Notes: generated by a model not told the origin, from the letters alone. A DNA stretch of 64,000 nt from Octopus bimaculoides (GCF_001194135.2 NC_068981.1:198951290-199015289); one strand, 5' to 3'. Shown: positions 38,480 through 52,866, counted from the first letter of the stretch. Translations and numbers: made by a program.

Positions 38480-40027
38480 TTCTCTGTGAAGCTTTGTTTT
38501 TGTTTTCGTCGTACAGTTTTTTTGGGGGGTTATTTTGTGTTTTTGGCCAATTAATTAAAAATTTCAATATTAAACAATAAATAAATTTCTAGCTTTCTCT
38601 CTCTCTCTCTCTCTTCGTCATTTACAATTAACAAAATCCTTGTTGAGAAATAAATCTTCTTCTTCTTCACGACGCTTTCTGAGGCTTCTTCTTTCTTTCT
38701 TTCTTTCTGTCTGTCAGGTTATTACAATAACAACAACAGCAACAACATCAACAGATACTAAATATTAAATACTACGGCTGTTATAACAACATCATCCGCA
38801 TGCAAATATATTAGATTGTTGTTGTGTGTGTTGTGACAATAACGGAATACCTGGTGGTGTTAGTTGGTGGGACATTAGGCAGAAAGTCAATTAGTAAGAC
38901 GACACGGCACAGGTAGGTGGAGATCGATTATATAGATTGGAATTCACACAAACATCAAAATCAGTTTGTATCATAATAGTGATATGGACACTCATCAATG
39001 TGTGTGTCTATATATAAGGCAGTTGTGTATAGTATTACTGTATATACATCGACATATATGTGGTGTGTGTGTTAATGAGTGTATATGTAGCTATATGTAC
39101 GTTCGTGTGTCTATATATAAACACATACAAACATATTTATGTATATATACACATATATACACACACATATATATATACGGAGAGAGAAAGAAAGGATGTC
39201 TCACAGTGGTAGCAGTAGGAGGGAAAATAGTAATAGTAAAAGAGGGGGACGAGAAAGATTAGAAAGTATAAACAACACAAATTAAGAGGGAGGAAGGACG
39301 ATTAGAGAATAGAAATAATAAAAGCGAGGGTGGAAAGAGAGGTATTAGAAAGAGTAAAGACGAAAGGGAGGTGAAGAAAGAGTGGCAAGGGAGATGTGAA
39401 TGACAGAGCGACAGGGAGAGGAGAAGACGAATGTAGAAGTAGTGGGAGTAAATCACGAAGAATATCGTACAGTCTCGTACATGCGGATTTTGATTTTTAT
39501 TTTAATAAAGAATAAATAGACGTTTATAGTGTAATAGAAAAAAATTCCTTAATTGCTTAAATATGATTTTAGATGTAAAAGTTGCGAACGAAGCTGAATT
39601 TGGGAAAAGGAATTGGAAAAATAATGACGTTTGATTTCAGTGAGAAATATGTAAGGGGAGGTAATAATGTTGTTATGTAAGGTAATGAAAGCTGCAACAG
39701 CTGGCTTGCAGTTGGATAAGAAGCAGTAACAGTTGGAAAGCAGTAGAAGCAGCTGAGCAGTAACAGCTGGAAATGAAGTAGTGCGGGAGTTAGACTGAGA
39801 AGCAGCAGTGGAAGTAGTAACAGCCGGTTAGCAGTGGAATATGAAGCAGAGTAGCAGTAGCCTTTAGCACAATAAATGAATAGTAATATCTCTAGTGCTA
39901 GATACATGGCTGGTAAGTAGTAGTAGTAAGAGCAGCAGCAGCTGATGGTGTAGTCGGTGCTTGTAGAAGTAGTAGTAGGTGGGCAAGCCAGCATCGAACA
40001 CCAACACTTCAGTAGTTTATAGTAGAA
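38480..40027. promoter_or_regulatory. Putative bidirectional promoter and 5' UTR region between genes A and B
   Basis: Two divergent ATG-plus-donor exons about 1.55 kb apart. The interval lacks the common SINEs, is locally richer in CpG, and has GA/CAG/TAG-rich UTR-like tracts. Confidence 0.5.
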
Positions 40028-40046
40028 ATGGCAGCCACCACAACAA
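40028..40046 (+). CDS. Gene B putative first coding exon (MAATTT, phase 1); alternative donor at 40136
   Basis: agaaATGG start with an in-frame stop just upstream. Donor AA|GTAAGG at 40047 and a second donor CAG|GTAAAT at 40136. Confidence 0.5.
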
Positions 40047-40164
40047 GTAAGGTGCTGTCTGTTATTAGACGTGGGTCCTGCCGCTCACCACTGACAGCCT
40101 CGAGGATTTTATTTACCGGCAACAAACATTTTCAGGTAAATCATAAAAAACTAAACACACACGC

Positions 40165-40199
<35 letters not shown>

Positions 40200-40479
40200 C
40201 ATACACTTAAACACACACACATATATACATACACACGCATGCATATATATATATGTTTATAATATAGAATTGTGCTTTAATGAATGAATGAAAACTTTTA
40301 GTATTGTTTTTATAATTGTTTTTTTTAAAAATTAGTTGTTTGTTTATGTATTTTTACACTGTCTCAAAAATGTAGACACATTCATATTTCGGCCTGTCAC
40401 TCCTTACATTCTTCATCTGTGGTTCATAATATTACATACATAACTAAACATACACGCATATATGCCTTGTGATATGTCT

Positions 40480-40795
40480 ATATCTATCTGTCTATCTGTC
40501 TGACAGTCTGTCTATCTTATCTACTTCCTTCTTATCTCTCTCTCTTTCTATCTATCTATCTATATGTCTATCTATCTATCTATCTGTCTATCTATCTATA
40601 TGTCTATCTATCTGTCTATCTATCTATATGTCTATCTATCTATATGTCTATCCATCTATCTATCTATATGTCTATCTATCTGTCTATCTGTCTATCTATC
40701 TATCTATCTATCTATATGTCTGTCTATCTGTCTATTTGTCTGTCTGTCTGTCTGTCTATTTATCTGTCTGTCTGTCTATCTGTCTATCTATCTGC
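40480..40795. repeat. (TCTA)n/(TCTG)n array
   Basis: Direct inspection. Confidence 0.95.
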
Positions 40796-40910
40796 TGTTA
40801 AATACTCACTACGTTTATTTAAATACATACAAATAGGTGTGGGTGTGTATAAAGTTAAATTCATCAGTTTTTCATTGGAAAATTTATATCAATTTTTTCT
40901 ATGTTATTCT

Positions 40911-40946
<36 letters not shown>

Positions 40947-41289
40947 ATATATACATACATGTATATGTCTATGCTGTACTGGCTGTCAAATGTATGTGCA
41001 GGTGCTTGTAGCTATTGCATACACGTATAAATATATAAATACATATATGTGTATATGTATATCATATACACATACGCAGTGTGTGTATAAGTTCTTTTTA
41101 GTTTATTAATCTGACATTCTTTTCTTTAACTGTTTCTTATCTTTCCATTTTGATTCACTCCCACAGACACACACCAGCGTGTGTCTCTATCATTTTGACT
41201 CTGAATTGCACCTCTGTACAACCAAATTCACTCCGAGGTGCGTCTGGTGGTGCGGAGGCGCAATTCTGCGCCAACCTCCCAAAGTGCGC

Positions 41290-41510
41290 TCGGCGCACAC
41301 ACACACACACACATGCGCGTGCGCGCACGCACACACACATACGCGTGCGCGCACACACACACATATGCACGCGCGCACACACACGCACGTGTATGTGTGT
41401 GTGTGTTTGTTGTATGTACGATTTTGTATATGTCGATATGTATGTAGACATGTGATGTTTATGTGCATATGGGGAATATGTATATAATGTTTTTATTATA
41501 AATGTGCGTG

Positions 41511-41541
<31 letters not shown>

Positions 41542-42420
41542 ACACACACACACACGTTTCTATGATGTACGTATATTATCTATACAAGAGGAGTGTGTAG
41601 TTGGTGATGTGTTTCTACTTTCAAAAACAAATGGTGGGGAAGTTCAGGCAAAGGAGAGGTTATTCGACACTTGGAAGCAGAAATACTTCGTGAAACTTCT
41701 CTTTCTTTGCTACTATGTATCTACACCAAGGTGTAGATAACCTTTCCTGTGTATGTAGGTGGATATATATATATATGTGTGTGTGTGTATATTTCTGTAT
41801 ATTTCTGTGTATATATGTATGTATATGCATATGTGTATGTATGTATGTGTGTGTATGTATGTGTGTGTATGTATGTATGTATGTATGTGTATGTATGTAT
41901 GTATGTGTGTATATGTATATAGATGTGTGTATATGTATATAGATGTGTGTATATAGGTAAGTGTATATATATGTATGTTCATATGTATATATCTATGTTT
42001 ATATGTATATATCTATATGTGTGTGTGTATATCTGTATATATATATATATGTGTGTGTATATCTGTATATATATATATATGTGTGTGTGTATATGTATAT
42101 ATCTGTATATATATGTGTGTGTGTGTATATATGCTCCAACATGACCGCAGCCGCATGGCTGAAACGAGCAAAAGAGTAAAAGAATATGTGTACATATGTG
42201 TATCTGTACACATGTGTGTGTATATATATATATATGTGTATATGTGGGTGTGGGTGTATATATATATATGTGTGTGTGTATTTATGTATATAGACACATG
42301 CATACTTTTGTATTTGTCTATATACACACATAAGGTATTTCCGCATACACGTAGATGCATTCATACACATCTATCTATACGTGTGTGTGTGTGTGACTAC
42401 ACACACACACACATATGTAC
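41290..42420. repeat. Large compound CA/CG/TG/TA microsatellite region
   Basis: Direct inspection; includes alternating purine-pyrimidine gcgtgcgcgcacgc tracts. Confidence 0.95.
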
Positions 42421-42748
42421 ATACCCAGGAAATAATTACAGGAGCAGTTTTAAATTTCTCTTGACAACTTGAAAATATTACTCTATTTTATTTCTTTCTG
42501 AATATTTGTAATTTGTTTCTTTTCAAAATATAGAGAGAAAGGTTTTAACGGTTTAAAAATATTGGCAATAGGAATAATGCTAGTTTGGTGAAAAGGCAGT
42601 TTTTTTCAAGTGGTTATTTCGGCGGTACGTTAATTAACAATCTGGGTGTGGTAGTTTTATAATTGTATGCTCTCTTTCTCTCTCTCGTTATATATATATA
42701 TATATATATATACACTTACATAAATTTGTTTATAGAGACGTGTGTGTG

Positions 42749-42783
<35 letters not shown>

Positions 42784-43794
42784 TTGTGTTGAACTTAAAT
42801 ACTTGTAAATGATTATTAGGCCTGGATTTTCCACTATTTATGCTGAAAACCGAATCATTGCAACGTAAATTACTTGTTTGCTTCTTTTTCTACAGAAACC
42901 TATCTTTGATGTGGTAATATCTGAGAATGGTTGAGAGAGGAATGTGTGTACTCGACTGTTACATCACGTCTTCTACAGCTGTTCTTTAATTTTTGCTGTC
43001 AGAAACTACATTTGTCAAATATTATCCATTAACTTTGCTTTTCTTGTGCTGCTTCTACTGTTGCATTTCAATCTGTTCTCCTGGCCTCCATCTCCCCATT
43101 GCCTTCCATACATGTCTCAAATCTATGGAAGCAGCAATTGATGCTATTCTGTGAAGCCGCAAGCCGGTAATTTCGTCTTTGCTCGCTGTAGTTCCTCTTT
43201 CATGACACACACGGCCACACAAACACTGCTGCAACTGGTTTAGTTCTTATTTAACTCCAGTTGAATTGTTCCAGCGCAGCTGATATTCCAACCGTAACCA
43301 CCACGACTTATTCAAATAGTATTTCCAGTATATTGTCCTTCCATTTTAAGAAGCAATTGCGAGATTTGGTTGTTATTTCTAGCATGTCAAGTGACCATTC
43401 TCTTTAGATAAGCGCGGTGATATATTTTTTTAAAGTGTTTTATTGGCAACCCCAGTGACTATTGGAGTTGATGAGGGCCAATACATCGCACCATCCATTG
43501 CCTGTTAAATAGCGACCATTTAGAAACGGTTTTTCCTCAAGAAACACAACGAGAGCAAATCTCTGCAGAGTTTTGCTCTCAAATAGTCACAGGAGCAGCT
43601 CTGAAAGCCAGTATATTTCTGTGTAATGAGTTTTTGTCTTCACTGGAGTCCAATGTGACTATCACTACCAAATAAATTTTAACAGAATTGTTGCTTAATT
43701 CTGCAACACTCTTGATTGACTAGCCATTCCCGCCATAAATACCTCGCCTTTTATTCAGGCATAGTGCTGGTAACCAGAGAGCTATCATCGAATG

Positions 43795-44014
43795 CGGTGA
43801 TTCTCAACCGTTTTTCTTTATTTATTTACCTATGAACTCCGTGTCATTCCTGCTTTACTTGAATGGTCTCTCCTAGCCATTCGATGTTTAAAAAATCATA
43901 TATCTTCAATTAAATATAATTTGTGATTATGTGAATTGTAGAAGTTATAGCAAATTTATTGCTGATAAACTTGAACAACAAAATCTTAGATGGACCCTAG
44001 GTTGAGAACCACCG
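43795..44014. mobile_element. hAT-Charlie-like MITE
   Basis: TIR CGGTGATTCTCAACC / GGTTGAGAACCACCG; flanking 8-mers atcgaatg and atctgttg match at 5 of 8 positions. Confidence 0.6.
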
Positions 44015-46554
44015 ATCTGTTGTGTTTCTATCAAAAGAGTAAGGGTGTGGTTCGAAGATTTGACGGCTTTTTCTAGCAAATTATGTTGTCATCCGGATGC
44101 TTTCTTGCTGGATCCTTGCTATTGTAACAGACAATCATGAAATCGAAACCCAAGCATCAAGAATGTAAAAGTTGTAAACTTGGTAAAACTGTTTCTTTTG
44201 CTTCTACCGAATTCCTTCTCTTTCAATGCAACTCGGTCATCGTTCTCTATATATTCTAGATTTGTATTCTTAGTTTGTATGACGAAATTATCTTTAATAT
44301 ATTTTAAATTTTAATATTTAACTTATAGGTCTGTTTAAAAAATTTCTTTTAAGATATTGTTTTCCGCCCTCCGTGTGAAAGTTTATGTAATTGTACTATC
44401 GTGTACTTCGTGTACTCCAATGACACCTTTAAACTCCGGGTGTTCAACTGTGTGACTGAAGGCCTACATAACCGAATGTGTCTTGTCAGTGGGGTGGGGT
44501 TTGGCTACTATTTCTTAACTGCTGGAACAACTACGTAGGTATCTTGTTGCTATTTTAAACCTGAAATACTTCTTCATCCATTCTGGTTATGTAATAAAAG
44601 ACAATTCCATACAAAACTTGGCCAACTGCGAGAAAGTCACTTTTAAACCTCTCTCTCTCTCTCTCACTCACTCACTCACTCACTCACACACACACACACA
44701 CACACACACACTGTTACAAATATATTTTCTTAAGTGAATGGTGGGTAGCAGAATCGTTTGGGCGTCGGGCAAGATTTCTTGCGATTATTCATTATGGTTC
44801 TTTATGTTCAGAATTCAAATCCCACTGTAATAAACCGTTATTCTTCCTGGGGGTCAATAACAAATAATACAAACCAAGTACTTAAGATCGCTGATATCGA
44901 TTAACCCTCTTCCCTCCAAATTGCAGGCATTGTGTCTAACTCAGAAGTAATTATTGCAAATATTGCATTTAATCATTCAAGTTTACTATTATTATTATTT
45001 ATTGTTATTATTATTATTATTATTATTATCATTATTATTATTAAGCTGACGAGCATTCCGAGCGAAGTGCTCAGCGGCATTTCGTCCGTCTTTATGTTCT
45101 GAGTTTAAATTCCACCTAGGTTGACTTTACCTTTCACCCTTTCGGGGTCGATAAATTAAGTATCCGTTGTATACTGGGTCGATGCAATCGACTATCCCCT
45201 TTTCCCCCCAAATGTCAGGCCTTGTGCTTATAGTCGAAAGGATTATTATTATAATTAAAAGCGGCGAGCTGGCAGAATCGTCAGCACGCGCCAGGCGAAA
45301 TGCTCGGCGTTATTTCGTCCATCTTACGTTCTGAGTTCAAATTTCGTCGAGGTCGACTTTACCGTTCATCTTTTCGGGTCGATCAATTAAGTACCAGTTG
45401 CGTACTAGGGTCGATGTGATCGACTAGTCCCCCCTCCCTCCACTAAAATTTCAGTCCTTGTGCCCTTAGTAAAAAGTATTATTATTAAGGCAAAGAGCTT
45501 GTTGCAGAATCGTCCGTGCGTTGGACAAAATGCTTGGCGCAATTTCTTCAAGCTCTTTACATTCTGAGTTCAAATACTGCCATGGCTAATAGAATAGATA
45601 CAAGTCAAGNNNNNNNNNNNNNNNNNNNNNNNNNNNNNNNNNNNNNNNNNNNNNNNNNNNNNNNNNNNNNNNNNNNNNNNNNNNNNNNNNNNNNNNNNNN
45701 NNNNNNNNNNNNNNNNNNNNNNNNNNNNNNNNNNNNNNNNNNNNNNNNNNNNNNNNNNNNNNNNNNNNNNNNNNNNNNNNNNNNNNNNNNNNNNNNNNNN
45801 NNNNNNNNNNNNNNNNNNNNNNNNNNNNNNNNNNNNNNNNNNNNNNNNNNNNNNNNNNNNNNNNNNNNNNNNNNNNNNNNNNNNNNNNNNNNNNNNNNNN
45901 NNNNNNNNNNNNNNNNNNNNNNNNNNNNNNNNNNNNNNNNNNNNNNNNNNNNNNTATATATATATATATATCTTCCAATTTTACTATCGACAGTTTTATT
46001 GATTGTCTGCTAGGAGAGTCTAACTGTAAATTCCATCTGCTGCCGCCAACGATCCTCTTCTTCCTCGCTGCTGACAAGCTTGCTATTGAAAGAGTTACGA
46101 TTGCCTTCATCGTCATAGCACTGATTCTGTTTACAACTATTCTCTCTCTCTCTCTCTCACGAGATGATAGTATTTCTCCTTTTACTATTTGTCCTTTTCA
46201 TTCCCTGTTCTAGTTTTGCCAACATTGATGTCTTCACCTTTTATCCTTCTAATAAATACCAGTCAAATACAGGGACAAATTCAGTCGACTTCACCTTCTC
46301 TCATCAAAATCTTTGGCCTTGTGTCTTATGTGCCTTGTTATTACTGCTTTGTTTTATACGAGATGTTCCTGTCTCACCCAGTGACCTCAAGTAACAAGTT
46401 GAACGCTTTACTATGGTAGTTATTTATGGTTAGCAATTATATATTGCTGAGAAAGACCAAATACTGGGAGTTATGATTTTGTTAAACATTTGTTGTAATA
46501 TTTGCAATTTTGAAATAGTTTTAAAGAATTAGATAATCTCAAGTTCATACTTTC

Positions 46555-46960
46555 TTAGGATGTGGGCAGTACTCATGAGAGCATTTTTTTTTTTGTAGGG
46601 TTGATACTTTTGGGTTACCTGAGATTTTGCCCTAGTATTTCAAAGTGTCGTTTATCTCCTTATTATACCCAAAAACTCTGTTGATCATGGGTACAGTTGT
46701 TCTTAGATGCCATGTTTTTGAAACCTCGGCTTTAAGGTACTTATTGTTAACTGGTCGAATGTTTTTTCACTGAAGTGTTGGTGTCTTCAGGGATTGACAC
46801 ATCAATGCACAAACATGTTTGCCAATGGGATTTTTTTTTTTTACCACAGTATCTGGTCTTGTGGCCTTAATTAAGCTCGATCACTTTGAATACTGGTACA
46901 ACACCGACTTTCTTGATAATGATGGTCAGGAACCTCTTATGAATCTATTCTAATTTCAGG
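46555..46960 (-). mobile_element. R4/Dong LINE restriction-like endonuclease domain remnant
   Basis: RPDTVV, CIDVSIPEDTN, KTWHLRTTVP and ALMSTAH motifs with frameshifts. Confidence 0.7.
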
Positions 46961-47829
46961 GCAGGAACTTCACATTCCTGAAGCTGCCAGACTAGTTTAC
47001 TGATACCTCTTTCACTGTACAGCATTGATAATCTTCGATTACTTATACTAATATACAAGTGCCTGTATTCCATTTAATTATAATTTGATATTTGTTTAAT
47101 TTAGAGTGTGTTGAGGAAAGTGACCACTCCAACTCAGAAATTTTAGTAACTTGGAAAGGCATTGTAATCAAAGGTTTCAGGAAATCGATGTTGTATCTGT
47201 ACTAAAGTCTCAGAGAACAGCAATGTCTTTATTTTCTACTACTTTGGCAGGCTTGTGTTCTCATCAGCTCTTGTCATATGGGAGTCCAGACCGATGGTGT
47301 ATGATCCAGTGTAATTATTTATTAAGTGTATCACAGTGATTATATTCTTTTGAGGCTGACATAGAGCAGCCAGAAATGAGGTGGTCCGTTGTTTCTCTGG
47401 CTGTCCTATGTTAATGGCGATAAGGTGGGAGAATCGTTGGCACACTGGGAAAATGTTTAGCCGCATTTATTCTATCCCTTTACATTCTAGGTTCAAATTT
47501 TGCCGAGGTCGACTTTGCCTTTCATCCGCTAGGAAGTCGATAGAAATAACTATCAGTCAAGTACCGGGGGTCGATGTATTCCACTTATTTCCTTCAATAA
47601 AAAAAATGGTTGTCCTTGTGCCAAAATTTGAAACCTTTATTATTAAAGCATATTGTTTAAATAAGCTGCACTCTTCTTGTTGGAAATAGAGTTGTGTGAT
47701 GTTGCAGTTTCATTTGGACTCTGACAATTATTAAACACAAACGAAACTGATATATTCTAAAGTGTTTCATCATGTGTAAGATCACATGATGGTGCATTAT
47801 GTATACCATTGGTTTCGACAATAATGCTG

Positions 47830-47990
47830 CACACAGGTGGTGTTACCACGGGGATACAGGTAATGATACCATAGATACACAGGTGACGACACCGTAGGTA
47901 TACAGGTGATTATTACAGATATGCAGGTGATAATACACGCACACACACACGTTAATTTGTTACGGGTACACAGGTGATGATATCACAGGT
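47830..47990. repeat. Degenerate ~21-25 bp minisatellite with ACAGGT(G/A) core
   Basis: Seven CAGGTR cores at near-regular spacing. Confidence 0.7.
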
Positions 47991-50569
47991 ATTCAAGCAA
48001 TATTCTTTTCGCGATGCTTTTCAGTCGTTTTCAAACATGACTTATTTCATTTACGAGTAGGTCTGCATTATTCCCCTCCCACCCCCGTTGGAATAAAATA
48101 TAATTTACAAAAACTAATCGATCGAGTTCTTAAATAAACGATTAGAGTTTATAAATTGATGGATTATGTGAACTAGTTGTCATAATGTCACTGTTGAGGT
48201 AGCAAGTGTTGTCATTGGGAAACTTGATTCTGTCACGACTAGAAATCCTTGTTTCTTTCAAAAATTGGTTTCTTTTCTTTCCCGAAACTTGTTTGAAGAA
48301 CTTCTAATTTCAACAGTCAATTTAAAATAAACATTAAAGTTGCTAACCTAGGCATTGTCACTCATCTTTACCATTAAATACCAATGGATTTGGGGTGGGC
48401 GGGGGTCACATTCCTTAGCCTAGTAGTGGTGTCGACTGATTCACTAAATATATTTTATGGCGTGGAAGAAAGTATCAATATCTGTGTATTACTATCTTGT
48501 GTGTGTGTGTGTGTGTTGTCTTTTTTAAGGAAACTAAGAGAGTGATTGTGACAGGTGCTATATTACCTCTGTGTGTGTGTGTCTGTGTGTCTGTGTGTGT
48601 TGAAGCAGTACAACTAGTTTGACGAGTTAAATGAGGGTGGTGTATTGGCAAATAGTTGAACACCAGCTGCGAACCCTTGACCTCAATCATCAACGAAAAT
48701 CTGCGCTAGAAGATAGGAGGGAGGAAAGGGGAATATTGCAAGGCGGAAAGAAATAGGATTGCGAGGGAGAAAAAATGGTTTCTTCTTTCCGTTTCTAACA
48801 GAGTGAGAAGTGCGCCAAATTGGCGCCACCTCCCTCACTATTGAGGTGAAAGAGAGAGAGAGAGAGAGAGAGAAGGCTATGAGTTGCTTCACGTATAATT
48901 TCTCTCCCCCCCCCACTACCTTGATGCAATTAGTTACAACAGCAGAATTTCATATAGATGTGTATATTTATATATACACACATTGACGAAACTATTAACA
49001 CACACACGCACACAGACAGACACTGCTATTAGGAATTGCTTCGCCGTTTTAACTACACCTCTCATTTGCATTAACGATTACTTCAGCTAATTGTCACCAT
49101 CACATGCTACCCCCCTCCCCCATCTCTACCATATGTTCAACGTTAAAAGATGTAATACCAACTGACTGGGGAAAACCTTTTTCCATCAGTCTCCCGTGTA
49201 TTCTTCTACGTCTTGTATTTTCCAAATGTATTTTCACAACAAACTTGGCGTGGAAGACCAGTAAAACATTTGTTTTTTTCTGTTCGAGATTCAAAAGGAA
49301 AAAAAAAAAGAAGAGAAAAATGCATTATAATTAGAGGTGTTGGTGGTTGGGAGGCAAGAGAAGAAAGTACGTCCACTTCTACATTGCTTACTTGAAACTG
49401 GCCTTTTTAGATCGGTTTATTTGAAGGATTTTATGAAGATGAAAGTTACAAAAGTTTATTTTATTTATTTAGTTTTTTTTACAAACTGCTGTGTGGATGT
49501 AAGGAAGGATTAGTTTAACACATTAGCCTTGACACTGAGCCTGTTGGTCGTGTCTCTCTCTTACACACAGGCAGAGACATAGACGTGTAGACAGACAGAC
49601 AGACAGACAGACAGATCGCGATATTTGGGAATGCGAGTCCTTAATATTTGTAGTATGATGAACAAAACAAGATGCTGTCTTGTTTTCAAGCAGGTGGCTG
49701 GTTAAAATTTATTCTAAATTAGAAAGAGAACGTGCATACACAGGTGTGTGCCCATGCCAGCATGGAAAACGGACGTTAAAGGAGGAGGATGGCGTGTGGG
49801 AATATATATTTGTATGCGTATATGTACATGCGTGTACACATATATTCATACATGCAAAGCTAAGCGATGCTATATACCCCCTCCACCTTCCGCTGCTCTA
49901 ATCTCAGTATACTGTACTTACCTGACACACTCCATTCTTTACCACACAAATAATACAGCTTTTGTAAGAAAACACTCTACAAGAGAATCACTGTTCCCTC
50001 GTCATTTGCTTTCTCCTGGTGTTGACTTTACCCTTCAATGCCTCTAGCATTTATAAAAAGTTCAAGAATACATTGGAAAACTAGTTGAAAGAGTGGAGTA
50101 TTTTTTTACCATAAGCTATAGATTCAATATATTAGCCATCATAATTTTGTGTCCACTTGAGTAGTAAGTTGTTTAACCCTTGGTCGAACCTGATCAAACA
50201 GGCCCATGATAACAGGTACTCCTATCTTAGGTTACATAATCTAATGCAGCCTTCTGGTTTATAGTGTCTTAAGGTATGATTTGATTGTGATTTGCTTGCT
50301 ATTTCTAGCACGTGTGATGATGCTATAAACCCTCTCTTATTGGTGGTGATGTCTTGCTCACATTAGTGACTATTTTAACCCTATTTATTTTTGTTTTTTA
50401 TTGAATTTTTATTCAAAAAAGATGTTTTGAAAGTCTAAGACTGCTACAATTTCTGTAGCACATGTCACATGTTTCCACATATCGCAGTGTAATGTTGCAA
50501 TCAGTCTACTACAATGCAGTTATCATACTGCCTTACCTGATTTTTAACAAGGCATCTCTTCTTTCTCTT

Positions 50570-50638
50570 ACACACACACACACTCTCTTTCTCTCTCTCT
50601 CTCTCTCTCTCCTGCCTCCTCAATCAATATACCCACCA

Positions 50639-50690
<52 letters not shown>
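50570..50690. repeat. (CA)n/(CT)n microsatellite
   Basis: Direct inspection. Confidence 0.95.
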
Positions 50691-51117
50691 GGCACCGATT
50701 ATTTGTATTTATTCACAGTTTTAACTCCACAGCCATATATATCTTTCTTCCTTGCTTTTCTTTCTTTCTGACAACACAGTTTTCCCCATCAATGATCTAT
50801 TATAGTATATTAAGTTCCATGCAGCCACTTCTCTATGTCTATTTCTGATATGTACATCAACTTAGCCAAAGAGTCTGAATACACTAAACGAAGTTTTCTA
50901 CTGTAATCAATGGTGTGGAGATGTTGGAAAGCAAGGGATAAATTTTGTAGGGAACCTGACAACAATTTTATGAATGTCATACTCGTGGATATTGGTAGAG
51001 TTCTTTCCAATACAAGCAGCATATGTTGTCAGGCATAGCTTTCAGCCAAATTTCAACATTTATCTGGAGCCATGTCCTGTCTCTGCAATATCTTTTAATC
51101 CCATGCATTTTTCTTAG

Positions 51118-51228
51118 GATTCAGGTCAGATGATCCTGGCCCTTTATCCAATAAAGTAATTAACATTAGCTCTAAGCCAGCTGTGAAGAAAGTCAGAGTG
51201 CAGCAGCCTCTCTTCAGACTATATTCAG
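51118..51228 (+). CDS. Gene B internal exon (FRSDDPGPLSNKVINISSKPAVKKVRVQQPLFRLYS)
   Basis: atgcatttttcttag|...cag|gtagga; 111 nt, only the phase-1 frame is open, natural-looking codons. Confidence 0.65.
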
Positions 51229-52801
51229 GTAGGATGTTTAGAGTTTACGAATCTTACTTGCTGTGCTTGGAAAATGGATTTCAATGAAAATGCTGACAAC
51301 TTTGAGGTATTATTCAAATCCCAGATTTCAATGGCACCCACCTTCTTTCATTTCATAATGCTTGGTTATTGCTTGACTGTTGTCAATGTATAACTGGGAT
51401 TCTACTTTGGTGGACAATGAAAATAGGTGGTAGATTAGATGCAAATTGCTTGATGGAGGTTTTCTCACTAAATTTGAAGCTCTGCACAATTTCAGAAAAT
51501 CCTTGATAACCTTGTTTCTTTTTCAATTTTTCTTTTTCTTTTTATCACTGGAGCGTGTTCAACAATGTTTAAATTTTCCTCCAATCAATGTCTTATTGTC
51601 TTAGTTCTACATTTTCCTGCTGCCAGCAACTGTGTGTGTGTGTGTGTATGGCACTACCAAATATAAATGGCAATATTACACAAACAACATGAATCATTGG
51701 ATTAGACTGAAGAATTATGGCTTGAGGTCTTGCCAGATTTGTATTTTTCTGTCAAAACTGGAACAAAGCTACATGCACAGGACCAACACAGACATTTGAG
51801 TCAATATCTTCTGCAATGTCAGGCTATTGCCACATGATGTAACCATTTGGACATTTTTCTTTTTTTCCAAGAGATGACACTTCATTTTCATTTCATCATT
51901 TATACATCATATTAAATAATATAAACGAACATCATTAGTTACAAATTTCTAGTAGATAATTAGTGATCTTTAAGTCATCATCATCATTTTTCCATGCTGG
52001 CATGGGTTGGACAGTTTGACAGAAGCTGGTAAGGCTGGAGGGCTGCATCAGGATTCAGTTGTCTGTTTTGGCTTGGTTTCTACAGCTGGATGTCCTTCTT
52101 AAAGCCAACCAATCTACAGAGTGTACTAGGTGCTTTCTATGTGCCGCCAACAAATGTACTGTTACCGTTTGTATTCCAATGTTTAACCAAGATTGTATGT
52201 GTGTTTGTAAATTATGTCAGACTTTCTTGACCATTTACATTCTGATTTTGAAAGTCACTGAAATCTGCTTTGCTGCCAACCTTCCATCAGCTGATAATAA
52301 AATGTCTCTGTCAATGAGTAAAGTCCAACTTTATTGATGACACATATCCTTTATAATTTTTAGACCCTCTGCTAACTTAGAATGAAGATGTATTCATAGG
52401 ATTTGTAATATAATGGAGAGAGAATCCATTGTTTACTGTGGCCCCAATATTTGACTGGAACTTTTATTTTCATAACCTTGAAGGGATGAAAAGTAAAGTT
52501 GACCTCTGGGATTTGAAATCAAAATGTGAAGTGCCAGAAAAATACCCCAAGGCATTTTTATCAAAACTCTGACAATTATACAAATCTACCACCCTTAATA
52601 TCATCATCATCATCATCATCATCATCACCATCCACTTTTCCATGCTTGAACCAGTCTTTATTCAGGCAGAGTTTCTAAGACCATTGCTGTGCCACTGCAT
52701 GACTGGCACAGTCTCATTTACAACTACCATGCAATACCTGCACCAGAGGACAGAAGCATACTTCTAGTCATTCAGTCATTCATACATACATACGTATATA
52801 T

Positions 52802-52866
<65 letters not shown>

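Noticed and set aside
47830-47990. CRISPR-like repeat-spacer array
   Set aside because: Eukaryotic context, cores only 6-8 bp and degenerate, no cas genes.
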